From NCBI GenBank assembly GCA_965228855.1, contig CBDDIJ010000005.1:128001-192000 (forward strand): DNA of 64,000 bases. Reading direction: 5' to 3'. The position numbers and the translations under genes are program-made. The stretch comes from Candidatus Obscuribacterales bacterium (lineage in GTDB: Bacteria; Cyanobacteriota; Vampirovibrionia; Obscuribacterales; Obscuribacteraceae). The notes under the pieces are model-generated. The model saw nothing but the letters and a program-made list of their open reading frames with translations. It did no database searches and was not told where the DNA came from. Shown piece by piece: positions 20,330 through 31,344 of the stretch (positions within the stretch are counted from its first letter, which is position 1; the number at the start of each line of letters is the position of its first letter).

Positions 20330-21088
20330 ATGGAGTGGTCTGACTACAAAGCGAAAGTCAAAGAAGCTCTAGAGAAAAGCAAGTTCGATGTTGCCGAAAC
20401 GACCTTACTCCAGGCATTGCAGTGGGTAAAGGATACGGGAGGTTCAAGCGAACGACTGTGTCTCTGCCTGGATCAACTTGCCTGGATTTACGTCAACATC
20501 AAAGACCTGGATCGGGCAGCGGCTTGCTACAAAGAGTCGCTGGAAGTGAAAACATCCATCCTCGGTGAACAAAACCCAATCGTCGCCCGCGCTTGTAAGA
20601 AGCTCGCCACCGTCGTCTACATGCAGAAGCGCTACGACCTTGCCGAAAAGTATTCGAAGGATGCGCTCAATATTTTTAAAACCACTTTAGGCGTGGACAA
20701 CGAGGAAACCCAGCAAACGCTGGAAGATCTGGTTTCACTGCTGCGCAAAATGAATCGCAACTACGAAGCCAATATTTTGCACAAAATGGGGAAAACAGCT
20801 TCGCCTGGCTCTACTGAGCAGCCTAAGGTTGAAGATGTTCAGCACGGTTATTCGACGTCGCAGACATTTTTGCGCATCAGAGTCTGCTCGAACTGCAGCC
20901 TTCCATATGATGGCGATTTCTGCATGCGCTGCACCGAAGGGCGCATTCTGGCAGAACAAGCTCGCAAAAACCGGACGCCGGATCCGGAAGAGAGTGAGCA
21001 GCACAATACGGAATCACAAAAACAAACCGGTCAGCAGCTGCCTCAGCAAAGTTCAGACACTAAGCTCGAAGACGCTCAGCAACAGTAA
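20330..21088 (+). CDS. TPR (kinesin-light-chain-like) protein with C-terminal zinc ribbon
   Basis: TPR repeats (AAACYKESLEVKTSILGEQNPIVA, AEKYSKDALNIFKTTLG); CSNC-x8-CMRC motif. ATG 20330 preferred over TTG 20291. Confidence 0.8.
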   Translation: MEWSDYKAKVKEALEKSKFDVAETTLLQALQWVKDTGGSSERLCLCLDQLAWIYVNIKDLDRAAACYKESLEVKTSILGEQNPIVARACKKLATVVYMQKRYDLAEKYSKDALNIFKTTLGVDNEETQQTLEDLVSLLRKMNRNYEANILHKMGKTASPGSTEQPKVEDVQHGYSTSQTFLRIRVCSNCSLPYDGDFCMRCTEGRILAEQARKNRTPDPEESEQHNTESQKQTGQQLPQQSSDTKLEDAQQQ

Positions 21089-21149
21089 GTTAACAGTCAG
21101 ACACCGGAGCCGATACCGCCTGTGGTACCAGCCTCAGTCGTAACAGCCT

Positions 21150-21260
21150 GCAGCCCGACTCCACACGACACCATTTCATCACTGACGGAAAGTTCCCTTT
21201 TGCATCTATGCGTATCAGAGGTGGAAAGACCAGGTTGTGTCATTGTAAGAGTTTGGCTGC
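21150..21260 (+). ncRNA. Candidate rod-like structured RNA, family unknown
   Basis: Nested pairings GCAGCCCGACTC/GAGTTTGGCTGC, ACACGAC/GTTGTGT, TTTCATC/GGTGGAA and CTGA/TCAG in a roughly 250-bp intergenic gap; several G-U pairs favour the + strand. Confidence 0.35.
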
Positions 21261-21341
21261 GTGGTACCCGTCTGCGGTTCCGAACCGCGGTACTGGGATA
21301 TAATGACGATCGTTAAACTACCGGTTAGCTAGAGAAACACA

Positions 21342-23528
21342 TTGGCAAAGCGCAGGTCAGTGGCAAAACAGAAGCGAAACAACGGGCCGACCAAGCTGTT
21401 TGGTCGTTTCGTCAAATATTCGTTTTTGACAATTTGCGTGATCGTCGCTGTTGGAATCGGCTATCTGGGCGCTTCTTTGTACGGTCAACTGCAGGACCTG
21501 CCTGATATCACGCTGGTCGAACGTTACGAACCAATTGAAGCAATCCAGATCTTTGATAGAAACGACCAGATGGTTTGCACCGTCGAAGGCGACGAAGACA
21601 GACGTTGTATTCCGCTAAGTCAGGTTTCCACACAGATGCAGCAAGCGATTCTCGCGGCAGAGGATCACCACTTTTATGAACACAACGGCGTAAATCTATT
21701 TAGCATTTTTCGTGCGTTCGAAACGAACTTGAAGGCAGGCCGCACCGTACAAGGTGGCAGCACGATTACACAGCAGCTAGTTAAGAATCTCTTCTTTGCC
21801 GATGCGGGGCGAACCTTCGACCGTAAGATCAAAGAAGGATACATGGCATGGAATCTGGAAAATCGCTACGGGAAAGAACGAATTCTCGAAATGTATTTAA
21901 ACCAGATTTATTTCGGCAACAACGCCTATGGAATCGAACGAGCAGCAAAGCGATATTTCAATAAGCGCGCAGCCGAACTCAATCTTGCTGAATCCTCATT
22001 CCTTGCCGGATTGGTTAAAGCGCCCTCAGAATTGGGTGACGAAAAAGGTCGTTCGAAAGCATACATAAGACAAAAACAAATCATCGATAAGATGGTCGAA
22101 TACGGCTACATAACCGAGAAGCAAGGTGAGGATTCAAAAAAAATCAAGCTCACTTTCCGAAAGGGAGTTAATCCGCTTCAAAAACACCCACACTATATAA
22201 GTTATGTCCTGGAGCAGCTGCGCGATAGATTCTCGCAAGCTGAATTGCGCAGGCAGGGACTGCGTGTTTATACAAACCTCGATCCTACCGCTCAAACACT
22301 TGCTGAAAATACCCTGAATGAGCGGATTAAGAAGAGCCCAAAAGGGATTACACAGGGAGCACTGGTATCGGTTTCGGTGCCTGATGGAGCGGTCATAGCA
22401 CTGGTCGGAGGGGTCGGGAACTTCTGGCAGGCACAGTTCAACCGCGCGACTCACGGTCATACAACCGGCTCTTCTTTCAAGCCATTCGTGTACTTGACCG
22501 CGTTCCTCCGCGGGACACTAAGCCCGGATTCAATCATCGAAGACACGCCGCTGGTGGTCAAACAAAGATGGGGTCTGCCCGATTATTGCCCGAAGAATTA
22601 CGATCATAAGTACATGGGAAGAATTCCGGTGCGCACGGCTCTTAAGCTTTCTCGCAACGTTCCGGCTGTTAAAACGGCACAGTCACTTGGGATGGAAAGT
22701 ATCATCGAGACTGCCAGACAGGCAGGTATTACCTCGCAGCTGGACAAGAATTTGTCGCTGGCTTTGGGAAGCTCATCGGTTTCGCCCCTTGAGATGGCAG
22801 GCGCCTACGCTACCTTCGCCAGAGCCGGAGTCTACATAACCCCACAAGTGCTGCGCAAAATCGAAAACAATCGAGGACAGATCATTGAGGTTTTCGAGCC
22901 GAAGGTAGACAAAGTATTTCCTGTAGAACCAGTGGCGCGGCTCGTTAGCGTTCTCCAGGATGTAGTTAAGAGCGGTACCGGAACAGCGGCGCGCCTCAAA
23001 GATCGACCGGTGGCAGGCAAGACCGGTACTTCTAATGACGCTCGCGATATCTGGTTTATCGGATTTACCCCGGACCTTGTCACTGCAATTTGGGCCGGCA
23101 ATGATGAGCACAAGCCGATTCCCGGAAGTCACGTCACGGGTGGCGGTCTGATGGCACCTACATTCAAGCAATACATGGAAGCGTATTACGCGGCTAAACC
23201 ACACCCGGCCGGCTCATTCGTGGAACCAACTCCGGGAATCGATGAGCCGAAACCAGAGAGTGGAGAGAGCGAACGGCTTGCCGGTATAGGACAGAAAACA
23301 GACGCAGCCAGCGACACGGACACCACAGGCGATACCAGGAAGCCGACTGAAAACCGTTCGCAACAGCCTGATGAGCCGGTCACCACAGTAGTGGCTCCGG
23401 CAGACAACACTCCGATCGATCCGCTATTGGCACCGCCCATATCAAAATCGGCGCCCCAAGTTGCGCCTTCCGTCAACGAGCAAAGCGGTGGTGGTGGCGC
23501 TACCGACGATGGAATACCAGAGTTCTAA
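21342..23528 (+). CDS. Class A penicillin-binding protein (PBP1A family transglycosylase/transpeptidase)
   Basis: N-terminal TM; TG motifs EDHHFYEHNG, GGSTITQQL, RKIKE; TP motifs SSFK, SRN, KTGT; TATAAT at 21299-21304 upstream. Confidence 0.95.
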   Translation: MAKRRSVAKQKRNNGPTKLFGRFVKYSFLTICVIVAVGIGYLGASLYGQLQDLPDITLVERYEPIEAIQIFDRNDQMVCTVEGDEDRRCIPLSQVSTQMQQAILAAEDHHFYEHNGVNLFSIFRAFETNLKAGRTVQGGSTITQQLVKNLFFADAGRTFDRKIKEGYMAWNLENRYGKERILEMYLNQIYFGNNAYGIERAAKRYFNKRAAELNLAESSFLAGLVKAPSELGDEKGRSKAYIRQKQIIDKMVEYGYITEKQGEDSKKIKLTFRKGVNPLQKHPHYISYVLEQLRDRFSQAELRRQGLRVYTNLDPTAQTLAENTLNERIKKSPKGITQGALVSVSVPDGAVIALVGGVGNFWQAQFNRATHGHTTGSSFKPFVYLTAFLRGTLSPDSIIEDTPLVVKQRWGLPDYCPKNYDHKYMGRIPVRTALKLSRNVPAVKTAQSLGMESIIETARQAGITSQLDKNLSLALGSSSVSPLEMAGAYATFARAGVYITPQVLRKIENNRGQIIEVFEPKVDKVFPVEPVARLVSVLQDVVKSGTGTAARLKDRPVAGKTGTSNDARDIWFIGFTPDLVTAIWAGNDEHKPIPGSHVTGGGLMAPTFKQYMEAYYAAKPHPAGSFVEPTPGIDEPKPESGESERLAGIGQKTDAASDTDTTGDTRKPTENRSQQPDEPVTTVVAPADNTPIDPLLAPPISKSAPQVAPSVNEQSGGGGATDDGIPEF

Positions 23529-23722
23529 CCGGTACCTTCGCGAACAGCAATCTGATTCCATTGAGTCAATTGAATAATTTCGAATCTTTGAAAGACTCTT
23601 GAGAACTGAAAACCCAACGATTTGCAAAAGCTTTGAGATACCATATAAAGGTTCTGAAAAAGAGATCTGCATAGGTCTTTTGACGTCCACGGGCTGACAT
23701 TCGTCAATGTTCAAAGGTGGGT

Positions 23723-25027
23723 ATGGATAAATTCATGGGTGTCGTCGGATTTGCCACGATTCTGGGTGTGGCATTCCTGATGTCGAACAATCGAAAAGCG
23801 ATCAACTATCGGTTGGTACTTTCAGGTCTAGCCCTGCAGATTTTGATGGCCATATTCGTTCTCAAAGTCCCATTCGGGCAAGAGCTCTTTCGAAATATCG
23901 GCGACGGCATCACCCAGCTCCTGCACTGCTCAGACGCCGGCGCGCACTTTGTCTTCGGTCCGTTGGTCCCGTTTTCGGAAGCCGGCGCAGCGAAGCTCAC
24001 CGAAAGTTTAGGTCCGGAAGCGAACTTTATTTTTGCCTTCCGCGTTGTGCCTACGATCATCTTCGTATCCAGCCTGGTAAGCATCTCTTACTACCTGGGA
24101 ATCATGCAGCGAGTGGTTCAGATCGTCGCTAAAGTCGTTTCAAAAATCATGGGCGCCTCGGGTTCCGAAGCACTATCCAATGCGGCAAGCGTTTTCGTTG
24201 GACAAGTCGAAGCGCAATTGCTTATTAAACCGTATGTCGCGAGCATGACGATGTCGGAACTGCTGGCATCGATGACAGGTTCGATGGCCTGCGTTGCCGG
24301 CGGTGTACTGGCCGTCTACATCGGTCTTGGAATCAAAGCCTCTTATTTGCTGACGGCAAGCATAATGGCGGCGCCCGGCGGTTTGGTAATAGCAAAAATT
24401 GTTTATCCGGAAACAGAAGAGTCACAGACCAAAGGCACCGTAAAAGTCGAAGTAAAAAAAACGAATGCAAACGTAATCGACGCCGCCGCGCATGGTGCCT
24501 CCGATGGATTGAGAATTGGTTTAAACGTAGTCGCTATGCTGATTGCATTTATCGCCTTGATTTATCTTGGTGACATAATCCTCGGTTTTTGCGGGAAACA
24601 ACTCGCCGCGATAGGGGTCAGCGGAGCATCTGTCGGACTGAACCTGGCAGATTTGAAACTGCAAGATGTCTTCGGGCTGATCTTTGCACCGGTCGCATTT
24701 ATTCTGGGCATACCGTGGCAAGACGCGCACACATGCGGCGCCTTGATGGGCAAGAAATTTGTCATCAATGAATTCGTCGCCTTCCTCGATCTATCAGCCA
24801 TGGTCAAAGATGGATCTACAGTCACGATTTCAAAACAGGCGGAGACAATCGTCACCTTCGCTCTTTGCGGATTCGCAAATTTAAGCTCCGTCGCCATGCA
24901 GATTGGCGGCATCGGCGAAATCGCTCCGTCCCGCAGAGAAGACCTTGCGCGCCTCGGCATGAAAGCGCTTATCTGCGGCACAATGGCGAGTTATCTATCG
25001 GCAACTCTGGCAGGCCTATTAATATGA
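23723..25027 (+). CDS. nupC: NupC/CNT family nucleoside transporter
   Basis: [63 protein letters not shown]. Confidence 0.93.
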   Translation: MDKFMGVVGFATILGVAFLMSNNRKAINYRLVLSGLALQILMAIFVLKVPFGQELFRNIGDGITQLLHCSDAGAHFVFGPLVPFSEAGAAKLTESLGPEANFIFAFRVVPTIIFVSSLVSISYYLGIMQRVVQIVAKVVSKIMGASGSEALSNAASVFVGQVEAQLLIKPYVASMTMSELLASMTGSMACVAGGVLAVYIGLGIKASYLLTASIMAAPGGLVIAKIVYPETEESQTKGTVKVEVKKTNANVIDAAAHGASDGLRIGLNVVAMLIAFIALIYLGDIILGFCGKQLAAIGVSGASVGLNLADLKLQDVFGLIFAPVAFILGIPWQDAHTCGALMGKKFVINEFVAFLDLSAMVKDGSTVTISKQAETIVTFALCGFANLSSVAMQIGGIGEIAPSRREDLARLGMKALICGTMASYLSATLAGLLI

Positions 25028-27141
25028 CCTCGGAAGCAAAACAGCCCGGTACCGCTGGTGGTGCCGGATTCAATCCCCGTATTTTTATCTGGATTGTCAT
25101 AGCGATCGTTGGAGCATATGCGCTCGCTACTATCGCAATCACGCGTGGCGAGCACATCAACGGCGTATGGCTCATTGTGGCGGCGGGTTGTGTTTTCTCA
25201 TGCGCCTATCGTTTTTACAGTAAATTCATCGCAGACAAGGTTTTCGACCTTAACGATTCAATACCGACACCGGCAGTGGTGAAGAATGACGGCAAAGACT
25301 TCGTTCCCACCGAGAAGTGGGTTTTGTTCGGGCACCATTTTGCGGCGATTGCCGGGGCTGGTCCACTTGTTGGACCAATTCTTGCCGCGCAATTCGGTTA
25401 TCTGCCAGGCACATTGTGGATCATCGTCGGCGTCGTGCTTGCCGGTGCAGTGCAGGACTTCGTGGTGCTTTGTGCGTCAATGCGCCGCGGTGGCAAGTCG
25501 CTTGGACAGATGGCGAAGGAAGAGATCAGTCCCCTGGCGGGAATCATCGCACTCGTTGCGATTCTTCTCATCATGATGATTCTCATTGCAGTTCTTGCAG
25601 TCGTCATAGTAAATGCGCTAAAGGATAGTCCTTGGGGCTCGTTCACAATTTTGATGACTATACCAATAGCCATGGTTGTAGGCGTCTACATGCGGTTCTT
25701 AAGACCACACAAGGTGATGGAAGGTTCCGTAATCGGAGTCTCATTGACACTACTGGCGGTGGTAGCCGGTCGCTGGGTAGCAGATGATCCAACGCTTGCA
25801 AAGATTTTCACTCTCGATGGCGTGCAACTCTCGATTGCAGTTATGTCGTACGGTTTTGTCGCCTCGGTCCTACCAGTATGGTTGCTGCTTGCACCGCGCG
25901 ACTACCTCTCGGCGTTTCTAAAAATTGGAACAATTGGTCTGCTCGCGCTCGGAATCATCTTCTTGCACCCCGAGATGCAGATGCCAGCTCTGACAGTGTT
26001 TACAAACGGCGACGGGCCGATTTTCACAGGCACAATTTTCCCGTTCTGTTTCATCACAATTGCTTGTGGGGCCATTTCCGGATTCCATGCTTTAATTTCG
26101 TCGGGCACGACGCCAAAGATGATTTCTCTGGAAACGCAAGCCCGCCCCATTGGTTACGCTGGAATGTTGTGTGAAGCAGCCGTAGCAATTATGGCGATGG
26201 TGGCAGCTTGCGTTCTGCAACCAGGCGTCTACTTCGCTATCAACAGCCCAGCGGGCGTTATCGGAGCAGACCCGATTGGTGCCTGCCAGACTATCGCGCA
26301 GTGGGGGTACGCTGTCAGCCCGGCAGACATGCAAACTCTCGCGACAGACGTTGGAGAGACTTCACTCTGGTCGAGAACCGGTGGCGCTCCCACCCTCGCC
26401 GTCGGTATGGCTCACATCTTTGCCAGTGCGCTGAAATCGATACCCGGACTGGAATCGTCCATTGCATTCTGGTATCACTTCGCGATCATGTTCGAAGCTC
26501 TGTTCATTCTTACGTGTCTCGATGCCGGAACCCGTGTCGGTCGGTTTATCGTCCAGGACTTTCTCGGCTTGTTTTCGAAAAAGCTTGGCGAGACCGGCTG
26601 GTATCCGTCCATCATTCTCAGTTCGGGTCTGGTCGTAACAGGCTGGGGCTATTTCCTGTATGCAGGTGTCACCGACCCGCTGGGCGGCATTAAAAGTCTA
26701 TGGCCGTTGTTTGGAATTTCTAATCAATTGCTCGCCGTCGTGGCGCTATGTATATGCACGACCATTATCTTTCGAACCGGTAAAGGCAAATATGCCTGGA
26801 TCACAATGTTGCCCCTCGTCTGGTTACTCTGCGTCACTATATCTGGTGGCATCATAAAAATATTCGATCCATCTCCCAAACTTGGTTTCCTCGCTCACGC
26901 CGCGAAGCTCAAACTGGACCTCGCATCAGGGATTGGCACCGCGAAAGACCTTGAAAAGATTCCGACATTGATTTTCAACGACTATTTAGATGCGGTCCTC
27001 GGCGGGATATTTATTCTCCTGGTTTTGGTCATCGTTTTCGAAGCGATTCGCGTCTGGATTACGAAACCACCAAAAACAGGCGGCGACATCGATCCTGGGG
27101 CACCGTTGGACAGCAACGAGCATCCAATGCGTTGTTGCTAG
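25024..27141 (+). CDS. cstA: Carbon starvation protein A family (pyruvate/peptide) transporter ending in RCC
   Basis: [79 protein letters not shown] 25024 overlaps the nupC stop (ATGA), so the ORF-track start at 24865 is probably too long. Confidence 0.95.
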   Translation: MTSEAKQPGTAGGAGFNPRIFIWIVIAIVGAYALATIAITRGEHINGVWLIVAAGCVFSCAYRFYSKFIADKVFDLNDSIPTPAVVKNDGKDFVPTEKWVLFGHHFAAIAGAGPLVGPILAAQFGYLPGTLWIIVGVVLAGAVQDFVVLCASMRRGGKSLGQMAKEEISPLAGIIALVAILLIMMILIAVLAVVIVNALKDSPWGSFTILMTIPIAMVVGVYMRFLRPHKVMEGSVIGVSLTLLAVVAGRWVADDPTLAKIFTLDGVQLSIAVMSYGFVASVLPVWLLLAPRDYLSAFLKIGTIGLLALGIIFLHPEMQMPALTVFTNGDGPIFTGTIFPFCFITIACGAISGFHALISSGTTPKMISLETQARPIGYAGMLCEAAVAIMAMVAACVLQPGVYFAINSPAGVIGADPIGACQTIAQWGYAVSPADMQTLATDVGETSLWSRTGGAPTLAVGMAHIFASALKSIPGLESSIAFWYHFAIMFEALFILTCLDAGTRVGRFIVQDFLGLFSKKLGETGWYPSIILSSGLVVTGWGYFLYAGVTDPLGGIKSLWPLFGISNQLLAVVALCICTTIIFRTGKGKYAWITMLPLVWLLCVTISGGIIKIFDPSPKLGFLAHAAKLKLDLASGIGTAKDLEKIPTLIFNDYLDAVLGGIFILLVLVIVFEAIRVWITKPPKTGGDIDPGAPLDSNEHPMRCC

Positions 27142-27447
27142 CCTCGCTCTTTACTCGGTACATTCAAAAGCCAATTCGTAATCTCACCACGCCGGGTACA
27201 AATTAGCCACAGTTGAAACCATATGATTGTCAGGTCTCGCATGACGATGGCCCCGAAACGCCTACCTGTTAACGTTTTTCCGGACAACTGCGCGAGACTG
27301 CCAAGCACAATCTGCAATCAATTCAGAGATACTTTTGATATTGACGAATTAGATTTGATACCACTACTGGTGCTAAGGACCAGCCGGAGATTTGGACCGA
27401 TCGATTCATACAACATCGATTGCCTTTCGCGGGGAGAAAGACATAGA

Positions 27448-30156
27448 ATGCCTGAATTCAATGAAAGACCGCACGGAAGAGGTTCCCAAAACTATTCCGG
27501 ACTGTCAGAACAAATCTTCGGCGACGGTCACAACAGTAATGACCGTCGGCAACATGAGGAGCGAAGTGACTTCCACCCGGGAGACAACTCGCGCCACGGC
27601 AACAACTTTCGCCCCAATGCTCAGAGAATCATCGGACAAATCGTTACTGACTTGATCGTCCAGAACGGGCGTAATGGTCCAGGCTACCAGAGACCTGGAT
27701 ATCCGCAATTGCAGCCTGGTTTCGATCCGCGCTATCAACCTGGTTTTGATCCACGTCAGCAACCAAATTACGATCCTCGATTTCAGCCTGGTTTCGATCT
27801 TCGACAGCAACCAAACTACGATCCTCGATTTCAGCCCGGTTTCGATCCACGTCAGCAACCAAACTACGATCCTCGATTTCAGCCTGGTTTCGATCCTCGA
27901 CAGCAACCAAACTACGATCCTCGATATCAACCGGGTTACGACCCGCGTTACCAACCACGTTTCGATCCTCGCTACAACCCGAACATTCAACCAGGCCGGT
28001 TTAATTCGAATGGGCCGCTAAGAAACTTGATCAGACAAAGTATCAACGACCTTAGAAACAATCCACAGGGGATCGAGGGATTGATAAATAGTCTCGGCAG
28101 TTTATCGCAAGACATGCGATTCAACGTCGATCAGGAACGTCGCGAAATTAGCCTGGGCATGGACTTCACGAAAGCCTACGACATGCTCAAGCGCCAGGAT
28201 GGAACTCCGGAGAATCCAGAGGTCAGGCGCCTTCTAGCAGGACTTGATTCAATTCAAGTCAATCCTGATGCACTCGCACTAAATTGGAAAGGCGAACAAC
28301 TGGTCGCACTGGACCAATCCAATGGTCCCAAAGATCTCAGACTCCTCCTGGGTGGACAAACAAATCGCACCACTCTGAATATCGCAACGAGTGAAACTGC
28401 TGTGAGACTGTCGAATATTCAGGGTCTCGAAGTGGTCGATCCTTCCGGCCGCCGAATGCGAATCTACGGTGTGGACATAGATTCAAGTAATCCGCAAGAG
28501 CCGAAAGGCACAATCACTATAGATAACCCTATTCCCCGCCCGGAGCAGTTGCCGCCAGGTACGCCATGGCCGGAGCAGGTCGGTCTGCCCATACCAATAA
28601 CGACTGACAATCAAAAGCAAGCCGTGCCAAGGTTGGTGAGCCAGCTTCATCGCGCGCGAACAGCTGCAATTAACGGAGATTTCGGAGAGATAATCAGCTC
28701 CGTAAATCCGCAAGAAATCAGTACTTTGATCGAGATGCTAAAGCCTCCGCAGGTTCCAGAGTCACCGCCAACTCCGATGGTTCCGGAGCCGCCGCGACCT
28801 GGGATTCAGCCGGAGATTCGACCAGCACCGTCAAATGCACCGCAGGAAGGAGTCATCGAGGTTAACCCGATTCCGGGTTACGAAGTGCAACCGCAAAACG
28901 AAGAAGAAAGAGAACAATCGCGGCTCCCGGGCGTCACAGAAATTCCATCGGTTAGCCCGCCTATAGACTATCTAGATGTGTTTCCTTTACCGCAACCGGT
29001 CTCTCCAGGCCGCACCGGTTCTGAACAGGTGGCACCACCTGCGACACCAGCGCCTTTCCAACATCAGACTTCGAGCGAGACCCTGAGGTCTCAGACATCG
29101 TCGAGTCACTGGGACCTTCCAACCGCAAGAACGAAACCGAGCCTGTCCACATCCATAGATTTGTTTAGACCCGTCGCAAGAACACAAAATCCGACTTCGA
29201 CTCCAGCGACAGTCTCGCCACCGGTGACGGTGACACCTCAGCGGACCGAACCGGTCTCTCCAACGGAGCAGAACTCAAAACCTGAGGCTCCAGAACCGAT
29301 AAAACAACCGACGGACGTCAGAGTGCACACGGGAGGACGATCTACCGACATTCTGCGCGCCAGCGGAATAAAAATCACAGCAGCCGAAAAAATCGGACCG
29401 GACAAATTGTTCTCTCTGATCTTTGCCGATGCGGATCAGCACGGGCCTCTGGTCACAGGCTTCAAAGGTAAGATTCAAGACCTCCAGTTCAGAAGGGACC
29501 TGGATGCAGTAGGCAAGACGTTGAATCGTTTCGACGTCGATAAAGCAAACAAAGCAATTACTGTCGGCTTAGACTTCGCAAAAGTCTATGACACTTTCGA
29601 GGAGAGTGGAAAGCAAAAACCGGAGACACGACAGTTTCTTAACGGACTACAATCCGTCACCGTCTCTCCGGATCAACTCAGGCTGAACTTCGACGCACCT
29701 CGAAAACTTGCAATGGATGGAGATGGTCTGAAAAAGGCAGATCTCTGGTTAGGTATGTTCAACAACCAAACCTCGTTCGACATACAAACCACGGAAAGCG
29801 GGCTGGCACTTAAGAACATAAAGGGACTGCAAGCAGAAGTTCAAGCGCTCGGCAAGAAATTGAACGTCTACGAAGTGACAATTGATACCAGCACCGGCAC
29901 GCCATCCGCGACAGCACTTGTAGATAATCCGTTTGCAAAACCACCGGGAGTTAGCGATGATCTATGGCAATCGACGATGAGCATTCCTCTTGAACTCGGC
30001 AAGACTGAAGAGGAAAGAATCCAGATCTCGCAAAGGCTTCCACAAACGTTGCGATCGCTTCACGCCATGAGACAGGGTGCGCTAAACGGCGGTATGGCGG
30101 AGCGCATCGGTCAGTTGACAAAGGAACAGATCATCGACATGCTTCGGTTCCAATAA
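27448..30156 (+). CDS. Hypothetical protein: octapeptide-repeat region plus two copies of an unnamed ~215-aa domain separated by a Pro/Thr-rich linker
   Basis: GGAGA before ATG 27448; internal duplication visible (RFNVDQERREISLGMDFTKAYD vs RFDVDKANKAITVGLDFAKVYD). Confidence 0.8.
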   Translation: MPEFNERPHGRGSQNYSGLSEQIFGDGHNSNDRRQHEERSDFHPGDNSRHGNNFRPNAQRIIGQIVTDLIVQNGRNGPGYQRPGYPQLQPGFDPRYQPGFDPRQQPNYDPRFQPGFDLRQQPNYDPRFQPGFDPRQQPNYDPRFQPGFDPRQQPNYDPRYQPGYDPRYQPRFDPRYNPNIQPGRFNSNGPLRNLIRQSINDLRNNPQGIEGLINSLGSLSQDMRFNVDQERREISLGMDFTKAYDMLKRQDGTPENPEVRRLLAGLDSIQVNPDALALNWKGEQLVALDQSNGPKDLRLLLGGQTNRTTLNIATSETAVRLSNIQGLEVVDPSGRRMRIYGVDIDSSNPQEPKGTITIDNPIPRPEQLPPGTPWPEQVGLPIPITTDNQKQAVPRLVSQLHRARTAAINGDFGEIISSVNPQEISTLIEMLKPPQVPESPPTPMVPEPPRPGIQPEIRPAPSNAPQEGVIEVNPIPGYEVQPQNEEEREQSRLPGVTEIPSVSPPIDYLDVFPLPQPVSPGRTGSEQVAPPATPAPFQHQTSSETLRSQTSSSHWDLPTARTKPSLSTSIDLFRPVARTQNPTSTPATVSPPVTVTPQRTEPVSPTEQNSKPEAPEPIKQPTDVRVHTGGRSTDILRASGIKITAAEKIGPDKLFSLIFADADQHGPLVTGFKGKIQDLQFRRDLDAVGKTLNRFDVDKANKAITVGLDFAKVYDTFEESGKQKPETRQFLNGLQSVTVSPDQLRLNFDAPRKLAMDGDGLKKADLWLGMFNNQTSFDIQTTESGLALKNIKGLQAEVQALGKKLNVYEVTIDTSTGTPSATALVDNPFAKPPGVSDDLWQSTMSIPLELGKTEEERIQISQRLPQTLRSLHAMRQGALNGGMAERIGQLTKEQIIDMLRFQ
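27712..27975 (+). repeat. Coding tandem repeat: 11 x 24 bp encoding QP[GNR][FY]D[PL]R[YQF], with a 48-bp higher-order unit
   Basis: Read directly, e.g. cagcctggtttcgatcctcgacagcaaccaaactacgatcctcga repeated with small changes. Confidence 0.92.
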
Positions 30157-30196
30157 CTTTCTCCAGCAGCCAAGGACTAGCCGTAATTGTTCGCAC

Positions 30197-31273
30197 CTAC
30201 CACTTTCCCAAGTTCAGACGCTTGGGAAGTCGAATTCGAAACGCATCGCCATCGTATTCGATTTCGCCGCCATGGAAATCGACTATGCGCTTGCAAAGGT
30301 ACAGCCCGAGCCCAGTTCCACTTCCCCGATGAGGACCGGATCGTGTGCTGAATCGTTTAAAAAGATGAGGGCGATCGGCTTCCGGAATTCCAGGACCGCT
30401 GTCTGAAATAGCAATTAAAAGCTGTCTTTCATCGCAGTCTAAACTCAAATCTATCTTGCCGTTCTCCGGTGTGAACTTGATTGCGTTGTCCAGGAGATTA
30501 ATAATTAAACGCTGAAGATCGTGACCGTTACCTGCGATCTCGTAGGACTTATTCTCCGCATTCAGTTTTACCTCAATTGATTTGGAGCGAGTCAGCGGTT
30601 GCAGTTCGGAAACACAGTTTGAAACCAGATCGCGAAAATCCACTTCTTGCAGTGTCATTTGCTCAGATGTGTTTTCAAATCTAGCGAGGGTTCTCATCGT
30701 TTCAGTCAAGCGCAGAAGCCACGCGACCGACTCGCGAGTCTTGGTGAGCATCGGCTTGTAATCAGGTGGAATCTCGCCATATACACCTTCAAGAGCATCG
30801 CCAGTCGTCATGCTGATTGCGATGAGCGGAGTTTTCAAATCGTGCGCGAGCGCATAGTTGAGATCTTGCAGAAGCTCGTTCTGCCTGCGCAATTGTTGTT
30901 GAAGTTCAATCAGCCTCTTACCGGCATTCACACGCAACAGAAATTCCTTCACGTCATAAGGCTTGACGAGATAGTCATCTGCACCCGCTTCCAGTCCTGC
31001 AATTACATCCTCTTGTTGGGTGCGAGCAGTTAAAACGATCACATAAATGTAATGCTCTTTGGAAAATTCGCGGACACGCTTGCACAGCTCGACCCCAGAT
31101 TGTCCGGGCATCATCCAGTCGAGGATAGCGATGTCCGGCGGCTCCTGACCGAATAATATGCGCAAGGCGTCGTCGCCGTTGGTTGCTGAAACAACTTCGA
31201 ACTTCTGACCTTTTAAAAGAACTTCCAAAACTCTTCTAGAGTCATCATCATCGTCGGCAACCAGAATTTTCAT
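30197..31273 (-). CDS. Hybrid receiver + histidine kinase
   Basis: REC (ILVADDD, ILDWMMP, DDYLVKP), HisKA AHDLKTPL, HATPase NLLDNAIKFT / DSGPGI / GTGLGL. Confidence 0.92.
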   Translation of the reverse strand: MKILVADDDDDSRRVLEVLLKGQKFEVVSATNGDDALRILFGQEPPDIAILDWMMPGQSGVELCKRVREFSKEHYIYVIVLTARTQQEDVIAGLEAGADDYLVKPYDVKEFLLRVNAGKRLIELQQQLRRQNELLQDLNYALAHDLKTPLIAISMTTGDALEGVYGEIPPDYKPMLTKTRESVAWLLRLTETMRTLARFENTSEQMTLQEVDFRDLVSNCVSELQPLTRSKSIEVKLNAENKSYEIAGNGHDLQRLIINLLDNAIKFTPENGKIDLSLDCDERQLLIAISDSGPGIPEADRPHLFKRFSTRSGPHRGSGTGLGLYLCKRIVDFHGGEIEYDGDAFRIRLPKRLNLGKW

Positions 31274-31344
31274 ACGTTGATCTCAAACACATTCGCCAGA
31301 ACACGATATCATTGTCTCAAAGAACATGCGAGATGAATGTCAGG

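Noticed and set aside
21121..21270. T-box riboswitch suggested by GTGGTACC words
   Set aside because: It lacks the full GGTGGNACCGCG antiterminator context and the downstream gene is not amino-acid related; kept only as an unassigned structured RNA.
24865..25023. N-terminal extension of CstA in the ORF track
   Set aside because: It overlaps nupC; the ATGA overlap at 25024 is the more plausible start.
27712..27975. CRISPR-like repeat array
   Set aside because: The units are contiguous, in frame and coding, with no unique spacers and no cas genes.
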